From positions 1 to 35,538 of IMG/VR virus record IMGVR_UViG_3300020042_002931: a stretch of DNA of 35,538 bases; one strand, written 5' to 3'. The DNA is from a virus (lineage: Duplodnaviria > Caudoviricetes). A program made the translations under genes and the position numbers. Of the stretch, positions 34,907 through 35,538 are shown piece by piece. The notes below the pieces were generated by a model. The model did no database searches, was not told the DNA's origin, and saw only the letters and a program-made list of their open reading frames with translations. Position 1 is the stretch's first letter. Each line of letters opens with the position of its first letter.

Positions 34907-35064
34907 ACATAGTAAAAATTTATAAAGAAAAAGATACAATTCCAACTTTCATAATAGAAAGTGAAAATTTAATTGATACAACTCAATACGTAATTTTATG
35001 GGATTGCAAAGAAGAAATATATATAGATGAAGAATTAATTGATACAAAATATCATACAGTATGA
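34903..35064 (+). CDS. Homologue of 3409..3573
   Basis: MNIVKIYKEKDTIPTF...IDTKYHTV. Confidence 0.7.
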   Translation: MNIVKIYKEKDTIPTFIIESENLIDTTQYVILWDCKEEIYIDEELIDTKYHTV

Positions 35065-35538
35065 AAGTAGTTAGAGTAAGAAGTCCGTTTATAATTGAAG
35101 TAAACGAAGCTGGTTCAATAGGAAGTAAAATTGAATTATTTATTTATAATAATGGAAGTGGAGTTCCTGCTACCCCTACATATACATTATCAAAACCAAA
35201 CCCAAGTGCAACACAATTAAGTACATCTTATAATGTTTCTAATTTTGTTAAAGAATATATAGATAATATAAAACCAAACAATGTTAATAATCCATTAGCA
35301 GGTAGTGAAGCAGTTAAAGAATGGGTTTTATTTACAGTAAAAAGATATAAATTAGTAGGAAGTACATATACACTTTTAGACACTACTATATATTATGGTG
35401 TTAATGGATTCACAAATTATTCAGATGGAATACAAAATCCAAGCAATACTAAAATTCTTCTTTTAGCAAATCCAAATATTAATAATTATTATTATAAAGA
35501 TTCTTATGCTGATTTAAAAATGGAGTATTTAAATCTTT
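35061..35538 (+). CDS. Homologue of 3570..4688 (3'-truncated by window)
   Basis: MKVVRVRSPFIIEVNEAGSIGSK... Confidence 0.8.
   Translation, partial: MKVVRVRSPFIIEVNEAGSIGSKIELFIYNNGSGVPATPTYTLSKPNPSATQLSTSYNVSNFVKEYIDNIKPNNVNNPLAGSEAVKEWVLFTVKRYKLVGSTYTLLDTTIYYGVNGFTNYSDGIQNPSNTKILLLANPNINNYYYKDSYADLKMEYLNL

Larger units (their letters stand above)
31461..35538. repeat. Copy 2 of the diverged ~4 kb direct repeat
   Basis: Collinear with 1..~4048. Confidence 0.95.

Noticed and set aside
31461-35538. True direct terminal repeat
   Set aside because: The copies differ at many positions and in gene content, which is incompatible with packaging-generated redundancy.
1-35538. tRNA/rRNA genes, IS elements, diversity-generating retroelement
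   Set aside because: No cloverleaf, transposase, reverse transcriptase or adenine-specific TR/VR pair was seen by eye; a tRNA scan was not run.

Overview
AT-rich, apparently complete (unit about 31.46 kb) genome of a tailed, siphovirus-like phage, most likely infecting Bacteroidota/Flavobacteriaceae (TAnnTTTG promoters, A/T-rich translation starts without Shine-Dalgarno). All credible genes are on the + strand. The window over-runs one genome length: 1..~4050 recurs at 31461..35538 as a diverged, non-identical copy. Late region: terminase, tail chaperone with a likely -1 frameshift, tail and tape-measure genes, XkdF-like protease, scaffold, major capsid, two tandem tail-tube paralogues, portal, adaptor, fibre and lysis genes. 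Early region: ParB/MT-A70 methyltransferase plus nuclease, NinG, ERF, SSB-like, AAA ATPase, ECF-like sigma factor, 5'-3' exonuclease, DnaA-C-like HTH and many small ORFs. No integrase, repressor or DNA polymerase is recognisable. The most striking signal is two arrays (21453-22578 and 27687-28515) of small genes separated by attC-like imperfect hairpins (TAAC...GTTA). The intervening GTTA...TAAC gene units carry their own self-complementary ends, and one protein is assembled across a unit junction. This is a candidate integron-like or combinatorial cassette-shuffling system with no recombinase in cis. A fixed-spacing ACAA-N13-TWATTA motif precedes the late operons. All alignments and pairings were done by eye; no database searches were run.
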